Of a DNA stretch of 64,000 nucleotides, positions 43,725 through 56,999 are shown one piece after another. Under the pieces are notes generated by a model that saw only the letters and a list, made by a program, of their open reading frames with translations, was not told the origin of the DNA and made no database searches. Numbering within the stretch: position 1 is the first letter of the stretch; every line of letters begins with the position of its first letter. The stretch comes from Dicyema japonicum (taxonomy: Eukaryota; Animalia; Dicyemida), in contig RDEW01000048.1 in assembly GCA_011109175.1 (NCBI GenBank), positions 352,137-416,136 on the forward strand, written 5' to 3'. A program made the translations under genes and the position numbers.

Positions 43725-43930
43725 GGGAATAGTTGCTAGTGGTTAGGTGTCGGGCTTAAGTGGCTTAGGTTACGGGTTCAAATCTCGCTGCTGTTCACCT
43801 GGTGGAAGGTTTCACGCATCTATGATGCAGAAATGGTTGACGAGTGACGCCGTCATCAGTGGATACTCACTGCGGAACTGGATTGTCTAGAAAGGACTAT
43901 TCGGGATCGAGGTCGTTACAACGGAAAATC
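43725..43930 (+). mobile_element. tRNA-derived SINE-like element (degenerate tRNA head plus hairpin-rich body)
   Basis: A-box-like TTGCTAGTGGTTAGG, B-box GGGTTCAAATC, acceptor-like GAATAGT/GCTGTTC; the anticodon arm is non-canonical. Confidence 0.55.
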
Positions 43931-44699
43931 CAAAAGACAAAGAAAATCCCTCAGAACAAGGCCGTCTCTTTTGTCTCCACACAACCGAACGAGGTATCTT
44001 TCGAGTTTAAGTCCCAAGAGGATAGAGAACGATGCATTTTCATCATGAAAAAATCACGGATACGAAGATAATTTTTCGAATATATCCCCTCGAATTTCAT
44101 ACAAGTATTTTCAACTACCCGAGAAACAAATAACATAATTCCTGAAATATCTTCAGGGTACGAACTCTTAAATTTAGTTTGTAGAACAAAGATGTACCCA
44201 GCAACCAAACCAGACTTCCGATTAATGTAAAGAGAACAATATCCCTAAAGTAGAAAATTATCCAAATTCTAACTTTGTTTCATTCACAATTAATATATCA
44301 GCGAGATTGGTGGATAACATCCATAATCTCTGAACGCCTCTATAAGGATCGGGCGTTCACCGTAATAAGATCAGCCTTCGAACCTCTGCCTCTCTAAAAA
44401 AGAGGGCTAACGGGTTCCTGACGTGAATTCCTTTTTTGGCACAAAAATAAACTAGTTTGTCAACAGCATATATCAATTCCAAGTCTGCAATTGTGCCTTC
44501 CACCAGATTAGGAGTACTGACAGTATTCCCTTGGTTTATGTAGTTGGAAAACAATATTTGTATTGTCAGAGGACCGACATTTTTGCGTGTGAATTCACGT
44601 CCGTTTGGGTTGAAAAGTCATATTTTATGTTGTGTGTAGATTTTCCCCAAACATTTTCAACAGCCTCAGCTATAACCCACTTAACGGGTCAAACACCGT

Positions 44700-45100
44700 C
44701 TTAGTCATGTTTTTCGTACCTCTTCAAAAACAGTCTTTGCTGAAGAGCAACCACCCTTTTAGCAAAATGACAAACTTTCCCGCAGTTAATGCATTTTTTA
44801 TCACTGTCCTTAACCCATCAAGAGTTCATATTGTCATCTCCCCCACAATTTAAGCACCATTCTTTTTTCTTGCAGAAATACGCAATGTGCTAAATTTTTT
44901 AGCATCGGAAGTCCTAATTACCGATTATCTGTACCATTCAAAACGAACTCTCTGGAAACCAAACGCAGTCTCAGGCTTTCACCGACTTCAAAGTTAATTT
45001 TCCAACAGGGAGGCTCTGCCCGTCTTTCATGAAACGTTGGAAAGAGATATTAGGTTTTAGAGTTTCTGTAAGGTATCCAAGTCATCATCTGAGACCCAAA
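44700..45100 (-). mobile_element. LINE ORF1 (gag-like zinc knuckles) remnant
   Basis: CLNCGG...KCINCGKVCHFA. Confidence 0.55.
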
Positions 45101-45344
45101 AAGGGATTCCCTTCATAACAACAGTGAAAGGATATAAGACGGAAGTGTAAAAACATGTCCATATATCAAATGGCGCGTTCAAATCAAAATCATCGACACG
45201 AGAGTTCATATCCTCTTTTGAGGCAAATTCAAGAGCGAGTTACCCCGTCATTAGTGACATTTCACTACGGAACCGGATCGTCTAAAAATGACTCACAAAA
45301 AACAAAAAGAAGTGAAGAGTATTCCTTGGTTCTCCCTCTACGTT

Positions 45345-46050
45345 TATTTTATTTATTTTAATAACCCCGGGAACACCGAGAAAGAAAGACAAAAGAGTCA
45401 AACAGTTAGGTGATCCAGTCCTCGCAATCACTTGTGCCATTCGACGTCTGTGATCTTCCATCATCTCCACTACTTTCCGGAAGAGCCTTCTCTCGGTCTT
45501 GCAGAGGAATCCGATCGGGGAGGGGAATTTCTTATCTAATCGGTTTTCTCTTGCCATGGAAGGATCAGGCTTAGCGGATTTCCATCTTCACAGACGCGAA
45601 GAAATCCAGAGCCACGACTACGGATCTTAGCTTCCATGAGTAGTGGGTCGACTGTTGATCCATTACGTGGGCAAAGCATACTGATTGTTTTCCGGTATAT
45701 CGAGTTGATTCTTTGGACCATAGACTCCGATAGCCCGAATCTCCATGCAACAGAGGCATACTCAATGACAGGCGCGATTGTTAGTTGGTAGAGGGTAGAA
45801 ACGGAAAAGTCCATGTTCCTCGTGGTCCTCCGAACAAGGGCGCGTATAACGATAACTTTCTGGAGGCCCCTGGTGATCATGTCTGTTGCGTGGGAGTTGA
45901 AATTGAGAAGGCTATCGTACTTGACTCAAAGGACAGTGGGGACCTTGTCACTGGAATCCGAGTGGGACCAATGAAAAGACTCGGTTCATCCTCGAACGAC
46001 GGTCCGACGTGAATGTGGAACAGATAGACTTGGTTGCAGAAATCGTTAGT
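45345..46050 (-). mobile_element. LINE ORF2 3' fragment with tail
   Basis: LYQLTIAPVIEYASVAW; ATC ACC TAA end; CTCGGTGTTCCCGGGG-TTA(A) terminus. Confidence 0.8.
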
Positions 46051-46594
46051 CGATTGCCAACAATCCCTCTACGGTTAGTTATGATAAACTGTTCTTTACT
46101 TAAATAAAGTGTATTAGGTGGTATTATTAGTTAACATTGAGTTTTTAATAATCAATTTTATAAAAAAATTAAATTATTTTGGAAAAAATAATTTGTTTAT
46201 ATTACAGAAAATCGAAATCCCACTTTATTAACAAACAATAAAAAAGTTAATATATTTAATCAGCAACCTCCCTCGCCTGCCTGTTCGCCAGCCTCCTCAG
46301 GCAGGTTCGATTATGGTTGCTAAAACAACTCCGAGAGCGCCTTGTCCAATTGAACCCTCTGCCCATATGGCATCTCAGGGCTCTGCCTCCTATACTCCAG
46401 TGTCAGGCTCTCTAGGGTCCGCTTTAACACAGTGGACTGTAGATAGGCCTGGAGCTTCCTATCTACCCCCAACTGCTTCAGATAACCAGAAAATATAATA
46501 TATATTACAGAAAATATAAGAAATAATATTTTTAGTTAAATAAAATTAATCAAATTAAAATTGGTCTTCCACGTGGAAGTATTCGTCCAATTTT

Positions 46595-46684
46595 TTTCTA
46601 GACAATAGACCTTTTCCGTATACTCTGTAAACGTATGCCACATCAAATTTCTTTCTAGACAATAGACCTTTTCCGTATACTCTG
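46595..46684. repeat. Two perfect 33-bp direct repeats with a 24-bp spacer
   Basis: TTTCTAGACAATAGACCTTTTCCGTATACTCTG at 46595-46627 and 46652-46684. Confidence 0.9.
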
Positions 46685-48012
46685 ATTTACATATATACAT
46701 GTTCTCTAACAGGATTATTTATTCCTTTATTATAAAATAATTTCAGCATGTGACATGATTAGTTCAACGAAAACATAAATGTAAACTTTAGATATTATCA
46801 TAAATATTCTAAAAAATGAAAACAGTCGATAAAAAATAACATGATTTCTACACAGATACTTGGGTTTATATTTGTATGATACACCATGAATGCTATAAAT
46901 ATGTTAACGTCCTCGGATATTTATTAAAAAAGTATAGAAAACTTATATATCCAACATATTTGGGTATTCTAAATTATGGAGGTTAACCAAACCGGTCATT
47001 TTTATTTCTCTTTTACATGAGTTCATGAGGAAGACTTAACTGTTACTTCCTGTTTGTCGGTATATTTCTAATCTAAATTTATATAACTTTTTCTATATTT
47101 TCAATTTGCAAAAAAAATTATATTTAAAATTCAGTTTATAGTTTCCAATTAAAAAGTCGTTGTGGAAGTTGTTCCACTCATCAATAAACTCTAAATCCAA
47201 TACATACAACCAACGTTCAGTTATGGATTTCTGCATGCTGTACAGGCCTTTCAAAAACATAAAAAAGATCACAGACTTTCAAGCAACAATTACAAAAACA
47301 CTCCAACGTTTCTCAACTATCCTGTTACAGTCGACACCATTTGATACCCTTTTGAAGGGAATGGGCGCTCAAATGATACCCTCAAAGCACGGGTGTGTTC
47401 AACGAGCTTATATAAAGTGTGTTGACTCGTGGGAGGAATATCTAGAGAAGTTAAAGGCTACTATGAGTAGCTGGAATTACCTAGTTGACTGTATAAAAAC
47501 CACATGAAAAATCTACTATTGTAGTGAGATCAAAAAGGTTTCACAGATCGGTACTTCGATGCCCTTTTTGGACTTAGATTTTCTATGGGTTCATCTCTCT
47601 TAGTGAATTTCTCTTTACCAGTTCGTAGTGTCTTTCCAGTTTTTATTTTGTTTAAATTTTGTCACACGTCAACCACAATTATGCAATTATTAAAATGAAA
47701 AATATATGATCCTTAATACAAACAGTGACATTTGTGACTACTAAGCTTTACATAATCACTACCGGAATTGAGGATCGAATGAAGTGAAGTTACCTTTCTT
47801 AAAATTGAAATTCGGATGAATCTATTCAAAAAATTCCTATAAAAAAGGCTCTCTTCTTCCAACTGTTCGTTTACAAACAGGATTCCATCGAGAGTTATAT
47901 CTAAGACTCTTCCAAATCGATCTCTTTTAATAAGAAAAGATACTGAGTTCGCTCAATTCCTGACTGTTTTATCTACACAAGAAAGCTACTAAGATTGCTT
48001 GCAAAAGTTATA

Positions 48013-50014
48013 CAGTAAACTCTCAAATATGCCACTCTTAAATTTGCCAATTCTGAAATTTTCCATTTTTATCGATTTTTTCTATTTTTCAATGATATTT
48101 GCCAATTCTGAAATTTGCCAACATTTTTAAAAATATTTTATTTTTTAAAATATTTTTAAAAATTTAAATAATTTAAAGCAAGCATGGGTCAAATGTTCTT
48201 GTTGGAGGTTTCACCAGACTTTCAATTGCTCAAAAAATAAAAATATTGCGGTATAAAGAAACCAATAAATCAGCTTCATATCAGACGATATGCAACAGAT
48301 TTTCTTCTATTTTTAAAATAGAATCTCAAGGACAGTCAATGCAATATTAATGAATGCAGAATCGCTTTATTTCAGTTTAAGAACAGAAATCCTAAACTAA
48401 AAACTTGTAAAAAATTAAAATACCCGGAGCTTGATGAAAATCTAGTAGATTGGATGGATTCAATGGAATCAAAAAGTACACGATTTACTCTAACATTTAA
48501 GGTGCTTTATTGAACGATTCTCTAATATTACACAAGGCAGAATTTTTCGCTAAAGAACTTTTGTTGTATAATTTTAAAAATTCTTACGGGTTTTTGGAGA
48601 AATTTAAAAAAGACATGTATTTCGAATGCGCAAATTACACGGTGAAATGCGCACTGAAAAACATGTGGATATTGATGGTTTTTAAAAGAATTTGAAGAAG
48701 TTTCAAAGAGTTACTCGTCTGAAAATATTTATTAAATTTGGATGAGACAGGAATATTTTATAAATCGATTCAATCTCGGAGTATTTGCAAATCACCTTTC
48801 GGCGGATATAAAAATTTTAAAGGATAGAGTTTCAGTCATGCTTTGCGCCAATGTGTCAGGGACACATAAGTTAAAGCCACTATTGATCGGGAAACCAAAA
48901 ATGCCCCGATGTTTCAAGAAATATGATTATAATTTCTTAGTTTCTTACTACAATTCTAAAAGGGCATGAATGACTTCATCAATTTTTACAATTGATTACG
49001 AATTTTGACAATCAATTGAAAATTAAAAAAAATCAATTTTGTTATTAATGGATAATTGCCCATCTCTTTGCCCACCTTTTTATTTGAAAAATATTAAAAT
49101 TATGTTTATTCCAAAGTACAGGACTTATTCAACCCATGGATCTGGGAATCATCAAATCTTTCAAAGTTCATTTTACAAGGCACAAATTACTATATTTAAC
49201 AGATTTATTGGAATGCGAGAACTCAGTATATGAATCATATAAGAAGTTAAATCTCAGGGATACTGTATTGTTTGTAAAAATGGCATGGGAAGATGTGAAA
49301 TCCCAAACAATTTCAAATTGTTTAAAACGTCTAGAACGTACAGAATGCGAATCAGAACTTACTAACATAAATTTAACCGCTGAAATCGTATCCAGAACAG
49401 ATATTTATGATCCTATTGAATTAGAAGAATTTATTTCAATTGATTACAGTGAAAAAGAGGCAATTGATGAAAAGGAAAATTAATTGCTATTGAAAAACAA
49501 GAAGAATCCGGTAGTGTAGAAGTACATGAGGCATTAAACAAGGCTGAAATGCTTTTAAAATTAAGAGAGATTGAAAATTATTTTTTAGAAAACATTGAAA
49601 ATGACAATAATGCAGAATTCATTACTTCAATAAGAAGATATAAAAAAATATTAAAAATTCTAATAGGACGCAATTGGGAATTGAGTATTACTTTAATAAA
49701 ATTTAATTGATTTTTGCTTCCTTGGTTAAAAATATTGTTTTCCTTAAAAATAAAATTTATTAATTTAAATAGTTAATTATCCTTAAATAAATTAATTAAA
49801 ACTTCAAATAAAATTTTATTGGACAACATGAGGCTAGGAACAGGGGAGCATGGAAAAAGATGACATCTAACCTTGTTTCTTTTGCTGCACATGCGGGGCT
49901 ATAATTAGTATGGCTCTCGTGAAGTGCTTAAATAATAATAAATATAAAATTTTATTCTGAAATCTGCCACAATTTCGCAGGAACCGAAAATGGCAAATTT
50001 GAGAGAGTTTACTG
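48013..50014 (+). mobile_element. pogo/Tigger-family DNA transposon, full length but disrupted
   Basis: TIRs CAGTAAACTCTC(TC)AAAT(A/T)TGCCA with flanking TA at 48011-12 and 50015-16; YPELDENLVDW (CENP-B HTH), NLDETGIFY-like, CANVSGTHKLKPLLIGK, LLMDNCPS and QPMDLGIIKSFK-like motifs; multiple frameshifts. Confidence 0.9.
49830..49940 (+). repeat. Retroelement 3' tail with hairpin (copy B), inside the pogo element
   Basis: Homologous to 38840-38955; followed by TAATAATAA. Confidence 0.65.
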
Positions 50015-50634
50015 TATTCCCATAATTGAGCATTCCATAATCCCTACAAATTACAAAACGACCTCATTTCTTTCTCAACTTCTAGTGCCTTGATGATGCA
50101 GTTCATGGAAGACACCCAAATACCATCTCTCTAGATCTATAAACAAAGGTTCCCGTCTTGTCCGAAGTTTGTATTGAATTAACCAGAGATAAATGAAATA
50201 CTTATAATTGTGGAGATTATTCTCCAATTACCCTATATCGTTTGGTCCTTTAAGACATTTGGGAACATTTTTACACGTGACCATAATATTGTATTCCTTG
50301 GTTTTCTTTGAGTGAGATAACGAATAAGAAATGCAAAAACATTTACTATAGCTATCATAGAGGGAGCACAAAGAAATGCTCTTCACTTTTTTTTTGTTCA
50401 GTGTGTACCCTTTATATACGATCCGCTTGAAATGTTCACTGATGACACCTTCACTCGTCAATCCAAAGCAACGTAGATGCGTGATCCTGTAATCGAAATG
50501 TACAGCAGCGGTATTCAAACTAGAGGACATCAGGGCACTCGTTACAAAGGCAACCCATCTTAATATAAAAAAGCAAAAACAGACCACAAATGTCTATCCC
50601 ACAAATAACAATATAAAAAATTAAATAAAAATAG

Positions 50635-53083
50635 TTAGTGATTATATTTAGGAACAGCAGAACACTCATAAAAAAGAATATAAGCAGATTTAGTCTAAAA
50701 TAAGAAAACCATTACAATAGAAGGGGATTCCAGTCTTTTCACATCCAAATCATCAAAACTATACCATTCTCCATCATATATAGCATCACACGTGTCTACA
50801 TTACAACACATCACTTACAATGACCTGAATTCAGACTACCCATGTGGTTCTACAATCAATAGTACATTTATTACCACAATAGCGTGCAGACAATAGTGGG
50901 GTACCCCTGATGATTGATCCAATTGGAAGGAGGAGATGTCCAAATCATCCAAAGGGAAACTCACCAGGTTGTCCTTCCTCCTAAAACGTCCATTTGAGAA
51001 GACAAATCAATATTAGCGAAAATACAACCTCATAAAAAAGATTATAAGAGTAGGTGGCAATCTCCATATACCCACGTGCTTCTTTGCATCTCCATTGGCC
51101 TTACAGTTATCACAGTATATTCCACTGAGCTCCTCTACCAGACAGAAATCATCCAGACAATCCTTTAATGTGCAATTGGGTTTATCAGGCATTGGTAATG
51201 CCAGGAACATAAAGACATCAAAGGTCACTGACTCTGCCGAACAGGTCCCACACTTTATTGTAGATTTGAGGAGTCCCTGGAAACAGTCTGAGATTATTGA
51301 CTGGTTCTCCCGCAGGTGAAGTCTCCAAACCTCTTCTGCTTTAGTCCTGGCAGTCAGAAGAGGACCGTCTCTCACTCCTCGTTTCAGATCCTCATGTAGG
51401 CCGTCCAGAATGAAGTTAAGGAATTCGTGAGAGTCGTGTTGTTCCCCTTTTGAGTATGACCCGCAGTGTTGTGCCGTGAAATCCTTTACTAAACCCTTAG
51501 TCTACCCTCATTTTCATAGGAGACAAATCACATCCATCAGAACTATTAAGAGTCAACAGGAGATCCTGGTAGAGGAAGGCCAGATCCCCTTTGTATCCCA
51601 GTTTGTTGTCCCTGCGTGTAACTTATTTCTACTTGTTTATATCCTTCTTGAACTTCTCTGATATGAAATAGTGACTCAGTCTGTGTACACTGTTCAAACA
51701 GTGGATTACTGCATTCATGAAACACGTGTTTCCAATATTTTTCAGTCCCCTGGGATTTCTCTGCCAAATTAATCGACAACCACCTTACGACCATTCATAT
51801 ACTTGCTTTTAGGTTTTTCTGTGTCTTTGGTATCATTCAGGGCCTTGACTGAGGTATTTGAACTCTGTCCTTCTTCATTAAAATAAATAAAACTGATGTG
51901 TGACTTTACTTTATTCTTCAGTGATGACTGCTTGGGTTTGGTGCACTCGGAACTGTCCACAATCGAGGATTGTGAGGGAATTTTGGGAAGAAGTTTCTTA
52001 TTTCTAAAACATTCAAAACCGTCATTACTTGATTTTTATGTCATTGTTTGCATTGGCAGATAAATTAGTAGGGTTTTCAGGTCTCTCTGAAAGGACGAGT
52101 TGTTTAGCAAAGCCGTCAAAAGGATTTGACTGAATTTGAAAATCTTCCATTGGACTTTCTTTAGAATTGAGTTTTTTAAGTTTCTTATCGCTTTCTGATC
52201 TACCCCAACCTAGATTAGAGATAGGGATAGAAAAGTACTTTTAAAGAAGTTTTTCGTTTTTTTACCAGGTTCTGATGAATCACGGATAAAGTAGTCTCCT
52301 CCACGGGTTCAAAAATTTCTATTTTAATGGGATTTTCAGGGATTACTGCCTTTTCCTGGATTTCCTCCATTTTTCCACATTTTCCATCTATGATTACCTA
52401 AGCGACAAACTCAGGAAATATCTTCCTTCATACAGATGACAATTTTCTTCGAATCCCTTGGTTTTCCGTAACGGTGTGTTCAATAGATTGACATATTGGT
52501 CAGCAAAGTCGAGGAACCCACCGAGAAGGTATCCTATTTTGGCAGGTGAGTCGCGACTGGAGTACTTTGGAAGTCAATACTAGGAAAACCTTTGTCAGAG
52601 CTAGGGACACGACCATCTGAGGTGATCCCTGCCTCAATTCTATCTCTGGTTTTCCACAATAGTCCACCAGTACAACAAAGTCGACTTCAAAGCGACCATC
52701 AAAAATAACTCTGTCCTCGTGACTCTCAAGGAGGTCGGAGACCGAATAGTCGGTGAGTTTTTGTGAAAACACTTTGTCCCGAGGAAGGTTGAGACAGCAA
52801 GGGACATTAATGTAGCATTGTTGGTAGTCGTTCTGTGCCCGAAAATCCACAATAATGATCCTTCCGTCAGTAGTAAGCCACGTGTGCAGGAGTTGAGGAC
52901 TTACACTGTAAATAAGTGGGTCCTCTTTCACTATTTTGGATGACTCAAGGAGGGTTGTCTTCTTTGGTTTAGTGGGTGTGAACCTGTGGGTGAAGACGCG
53001 AATTACTTGTTTAGTTGAGTAAAGACCCTCCCAATCTTCTGATTGGACTTAAATCCATTGTTTAGGCTTTTAGATGAATTCAT
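50635..53083 (-). CDS. USP8: USP8-like ubiquitin C-terminal hydrolase (rhodanese-like plus USP domain)
   Basis: [14 protein letters not shown] (rhodanese-like), [18 protein letters not shown] (Cys box), [42 protein letters not shown] (His box), WYSFDD and AYILFY; about 9 tiny introns. Confidence 0.85.
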
Positions 53084-54114
53084 CGCAATACGCTCATATA
53101 TTTAAATTATATTTAATATTTTATTTACTATTATTATTTTAAATTTATTATTTTGTTGAAGTTATTTATTTTGTTACTTTAAAAGATTTAGTTATTTTTA
53201 CTGCCTTAGTTACTTTTCTTTTACTTGCAATATTCGCAGGTTTCATTAGTATGAATTGAATGAATTTGTCAATACATACTCTATTAACTATAAATATATT
53301 AAATACAATTGTGGTATAAGACATGTGTGATATTATGTATTTAACAAATGACGTCATTAATATGTACTTGATTAGTGGTGTGTTTACTAGGATTACACTC
53401 TCTGTGGTTATACTACGGAAATTTGTGAATTTTAATAATTTAAATAGTGATTCTCTATGGAGATATTTATATTATTTTTTGAGAATATGAGTGGTTTGTT
53501 ACTGAATGGATCCTTAATAATAATTGTCTTTATTGTTTCATTTATTTAATGATGAATCTAGCAGATAAGTCTCATTGTGGACTCTATATAAAAGATTTAC
53601 TTTGTTATAATCTCATATATAATACCTTCTCATTAAATTATCAATATTGTTCATAATAATCTACGATTTACTCAATAATTTCTGGCAGGTTTAAGTTATA
53701 TGACTTTGACTCACAGGGGTTATTTCAAAAGCAACTCCTCTGGAGACTTTCGGAGGATATCGCGTGCCACATTCGCCCAACATGGAAAATTTCCAAAAGC
53801 CGAGTTTACAAGATTGCGTCGGTACCAGGAAGAAACACTGGAAAAATGAGGTCGATACTGAGAGAGGCTTTAATCACTTGACCTTCCTGCAGAATTAGTT
53901 AATTATCATGGTGGGTTGTGTCATATAATGATTTTCGTTAATGATTGATTTTTGTGCTTAAAATATGAGTTGCTCAGGAAAAAAATTAAACGGTAATTTT
54001 AAAAAGACGTAATAGCAGTGACGTCACAGTTTATAAACTAATCGTTAAATATTATTCACTTTTTTAGTTCAATTAATAATTATTCAATAAACACAAACAG
54101 TTAACAACTACTAA

Positions 54115-54330
54115 AACTTCCTTTCAGTCAAGGCTGGTCGTTTTCAGAATTGAAAACGCATTTCCCCTTATGTAAGTGAATGCGATCAATAAGCCATCTC
54201 CTTATCATTTTCCTTCTTGCAATACTAGAGAGGATGGCATTAATGTTAATCTCCCCTGTTTTGCCAATGCCCGAATTTCAGCATAGCTTCTGAGTAGTTT
54301 GTTCTACAAAACCGATTTGGGAATTGTCTC
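54115..54330 (-). mobile_element. CRE-like RLE retrotransposon C-terminus
   Basis: IRGNAFSILKT-stop. Confidence 0.45.
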
Positions 54331-54379
54331 CCAATTCATCATATACGACTTCAATATAAAACACACTTACGGACGCCTT

Positions 54380-54960
54380 TGTTATGGATATATAGAAGGT
54401 CTTCGTCTGTTTCGAGGATACTCATAACTAAAAATATCTTTAATTCGAATTTACACCTGAACATAGTCGAAAAATTCTTAACTGGCCGACGTAAAAAAGT
54501 GCGGATCAGTAAAATTACTTCAAAATCAATTTTACTCCCAAATGGAGTACACAAAAGTCCCTTTATCTCATCTCTTTTTAATTTATTTCTACATTTGCCT
54601 ACTACCAAAGATCAGGACATCCTGTTATTATCTTACGCAGTCGATCTAATTATCGCTGCAAGAGATATATCTACCTCCGTGGCTGTGGCGGTGGTTCAGT
54701 CATATCTCAACCAGGTGTGTGACTGGCTATTTGCAAATATGCTGTCTGTATTTGAATCCAAATCTCAGTTCACCCTGTTCACTACAGACTGGAGATTTAA
54801 GGGTGGACTTTGGAAACAACCCTATTCCTTTTATGTGGATCCAGAAGATCCTTGAAGTAACTTTCGACTCTCTAATGATGTTTTCTAGTCACACGGAGGA
54901 AGTGTCAACCAAGGGGCTTCAAAGGTGGAACGTTAAAGTCATCATAAAGAATAACCTCCT
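54380..54960 (+). mobile_element. Degenerate LINE RT fragment
   Basis: FLTGRRKKV, LPNGVHKSP..S.LFNLF, LSYAVDLII and KILEVTFDS. Confidence 0.75.
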
Positions 54961-55507
54961 TCCAACTGTAGCTTGTATCAGTAACTCTACTTTCAAATTA
55001 TTGTGTCGACAATTGAATATGAATGTTCTGCCTGAAGATTTGGCTTTTTACTCTTCGAGGATTGAACGTATAAACTCTCTCAGACGTAAAACCACACCGT
55101 TCATGCAAGCTGACATCCATTCCCAGTCTCCTTTCTGAGTAGGCGAAGCTGAAAAATGGCTAGAGTTTCTTACGTTTCTGCAAGAAGTTAGAAACCCATT
55201 TAAAGAAAGGATGGTTCATGCAGAGGAATTCGGATCGACCATAAAGAAGTGCACCCCGATAGAATTCCTTTGCAGACAAAAAAGAGAATCTTCTGGAGGA
55301 CAGTTGGCAGATAAGAGATATGACCAATTAAGTGCATTAAAAATCAATAAAAATTTCGACTTTATTGACCTAAAAGGTCAAAATGAATATGGAGATATAA
55401 GCGGGAAATCAATAAACTAAGAAAACCACACAAGTCCGTGAAACTTAGTTGATTTCTGGTGTAATCGTGAGGAGCAACACTATGCAATTATGTCTGTGGA
55501 GATTTCA

Positions 55508-55825
55508 TTTATTAACCCCGGATACACATAGAAAAAATTTAAAGTAACCAACTAATTAAGTGTACCAGTTTCCACTTCTATAGAAACAGAGTCCATCCGG
55601 AATCAACATAAAAGGTGAGACGTCCATTACATGCAGTTGTAGAAACCCCTCCAGTGGAGTGGAGAAGAGCAAATGATCCTTTTTCGTGCCGGCCTGGCAC
55701 TGGGCGTCACCTAGACAGGTGGATCACATGACGCCACTCTATTAGGAAGAGAGGAGGAACAGACAAGCAAGCAGAAAATTTCAACCAGAAATTCAACCAA
55801 TTAACCACGCAGCACCACATGTGCA
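55508..55825 (-). mobile_element. Short non-autonomous retroelement (SINE-like), copy 2
   Basis: About 90% identical to 23578-23905. Confidence 0.75.
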
Positions 55826-56999
55826 TGGCTGCTTCGATTCGAATTGAAAATAAAAATTTGACTTAGATTGAAAAAGCATTGTAAATTTGGTAGGACAGTT
55901 GATACCGACGGGGATTATGATTTTATTGTCGAAGAAGCACAGGGAGAATGCCTAGATATACTTAACAAAGTGATACGATGAAGTGCATTGGCCAACCGAA
56001 TTCTCATCCATACTGAAGGCCCTGGTTCAGACTAGAAAAACGATAAACGGACAGACGGAATTAGAATCTTTAATTGGAGAAGCAACTAGTACGTGACACC
56101 ACTTCTCCTATTGACAACATTGAAAGCGCAGTAAAGGCACTATAGGGAGAGACTACTGCAAAAAGGGAGAGAAAACTAAAGGGAAAAATACAAAAGACTT
56201 TTCGATTGGTTTTTATTTCGTGTGATTGCTTCCATGATAACTGAGACAATAAGGAGAAAGTCTTTGCCTATCCTAAAACATCAGGGCACATTCATAAGCA
56301 TGACATCTGGAAAATTCAACGTTCTCTCTGTTAATATCCGTAGCTATCTGAGAAACAAGAGTCGATTAAGTCAAGGAATAACTAATTAACTGGATTTCAG
56401 ATTATTTTAACAAATTAAGAAGTTAAAATTTTATTTTTTACATAGCCTTCAAAATAAAAAAATCATAAAAAATTACAAGAATTTATGAATTTGTAGGTCA
56501 CATTAAAATAGATTTTGTTATTTAACCAAATAATCATCAGTCTCTGTTGTTCTTACAACGATTATGTAATATTCTCGTCCTTGCGAAAAACAAATTTCCA
56601 CCCTGTAAGTAGTTCACTAAACATTGCATTTGCCAGTTAGGATTTCATAAAAATGTAGTTTATAAGATGAGAGAACTATTCTCAAAAAAGAGAATGCTGA
56701 GTTAAGAATTAACAATTAATTGACAATAAAAAAAACAAGAGATTAGTTGTTGAAGATGAGTCATACCAATGGATTGGGTTCTTGACCAGTATCCATCTTT
56801 GTCTATGTACAAATCCTGAATATTTTTATATACAAGACTATTCTTTTAATTTAATTAATTTTCTTCACAAATTCAAATTTGGCTAAATTATAACCGGCTT
56901 GATATATCTACTGAATAATCTTTTTTGTCTTTATTTACCTCAGACAAACGACTTGGACAAATGACAGTGGATATATTTATCAACCAGACAAAAATACCT

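Noticed and set aside
43725-43800. Functional tRNA gene
   Set aside because: Weak anticodon stem, non-canonical loop, T-stem mismatch and no T-run terminator; treated as SINE-like.
43790-43870. Hammerhead-like CTGATGA...GAAA on the minus strand
   Set aside because: Stem II does not close, stem I has no partner, and the cleavage triplet would end in G.
46595-46684. CRISPR mini-array
   Set aside because: Only two repeats, no cas genes, eukaryotic context.
50228-50587. Cys-rich secreted (PAN-like) protein ORF
   Set aside because: Starts at GTG with no upstream ATG in the 48 bp after the USP8 stop; Cys spacing is only suggestive.
52260-52310. SH2-like [12 protein letters not shown] motif inside USP8
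   Set aside because: Isolated 12-mer in a low-complexity linker with uncertain frame; the rest of the SH2 fold is absent.
53166-53560. Small hydrophobic gene next to the USP8 start
   Set aside because: Hydrophobic translations are expected from AT-rich DNA; no consistent exon chain was found.
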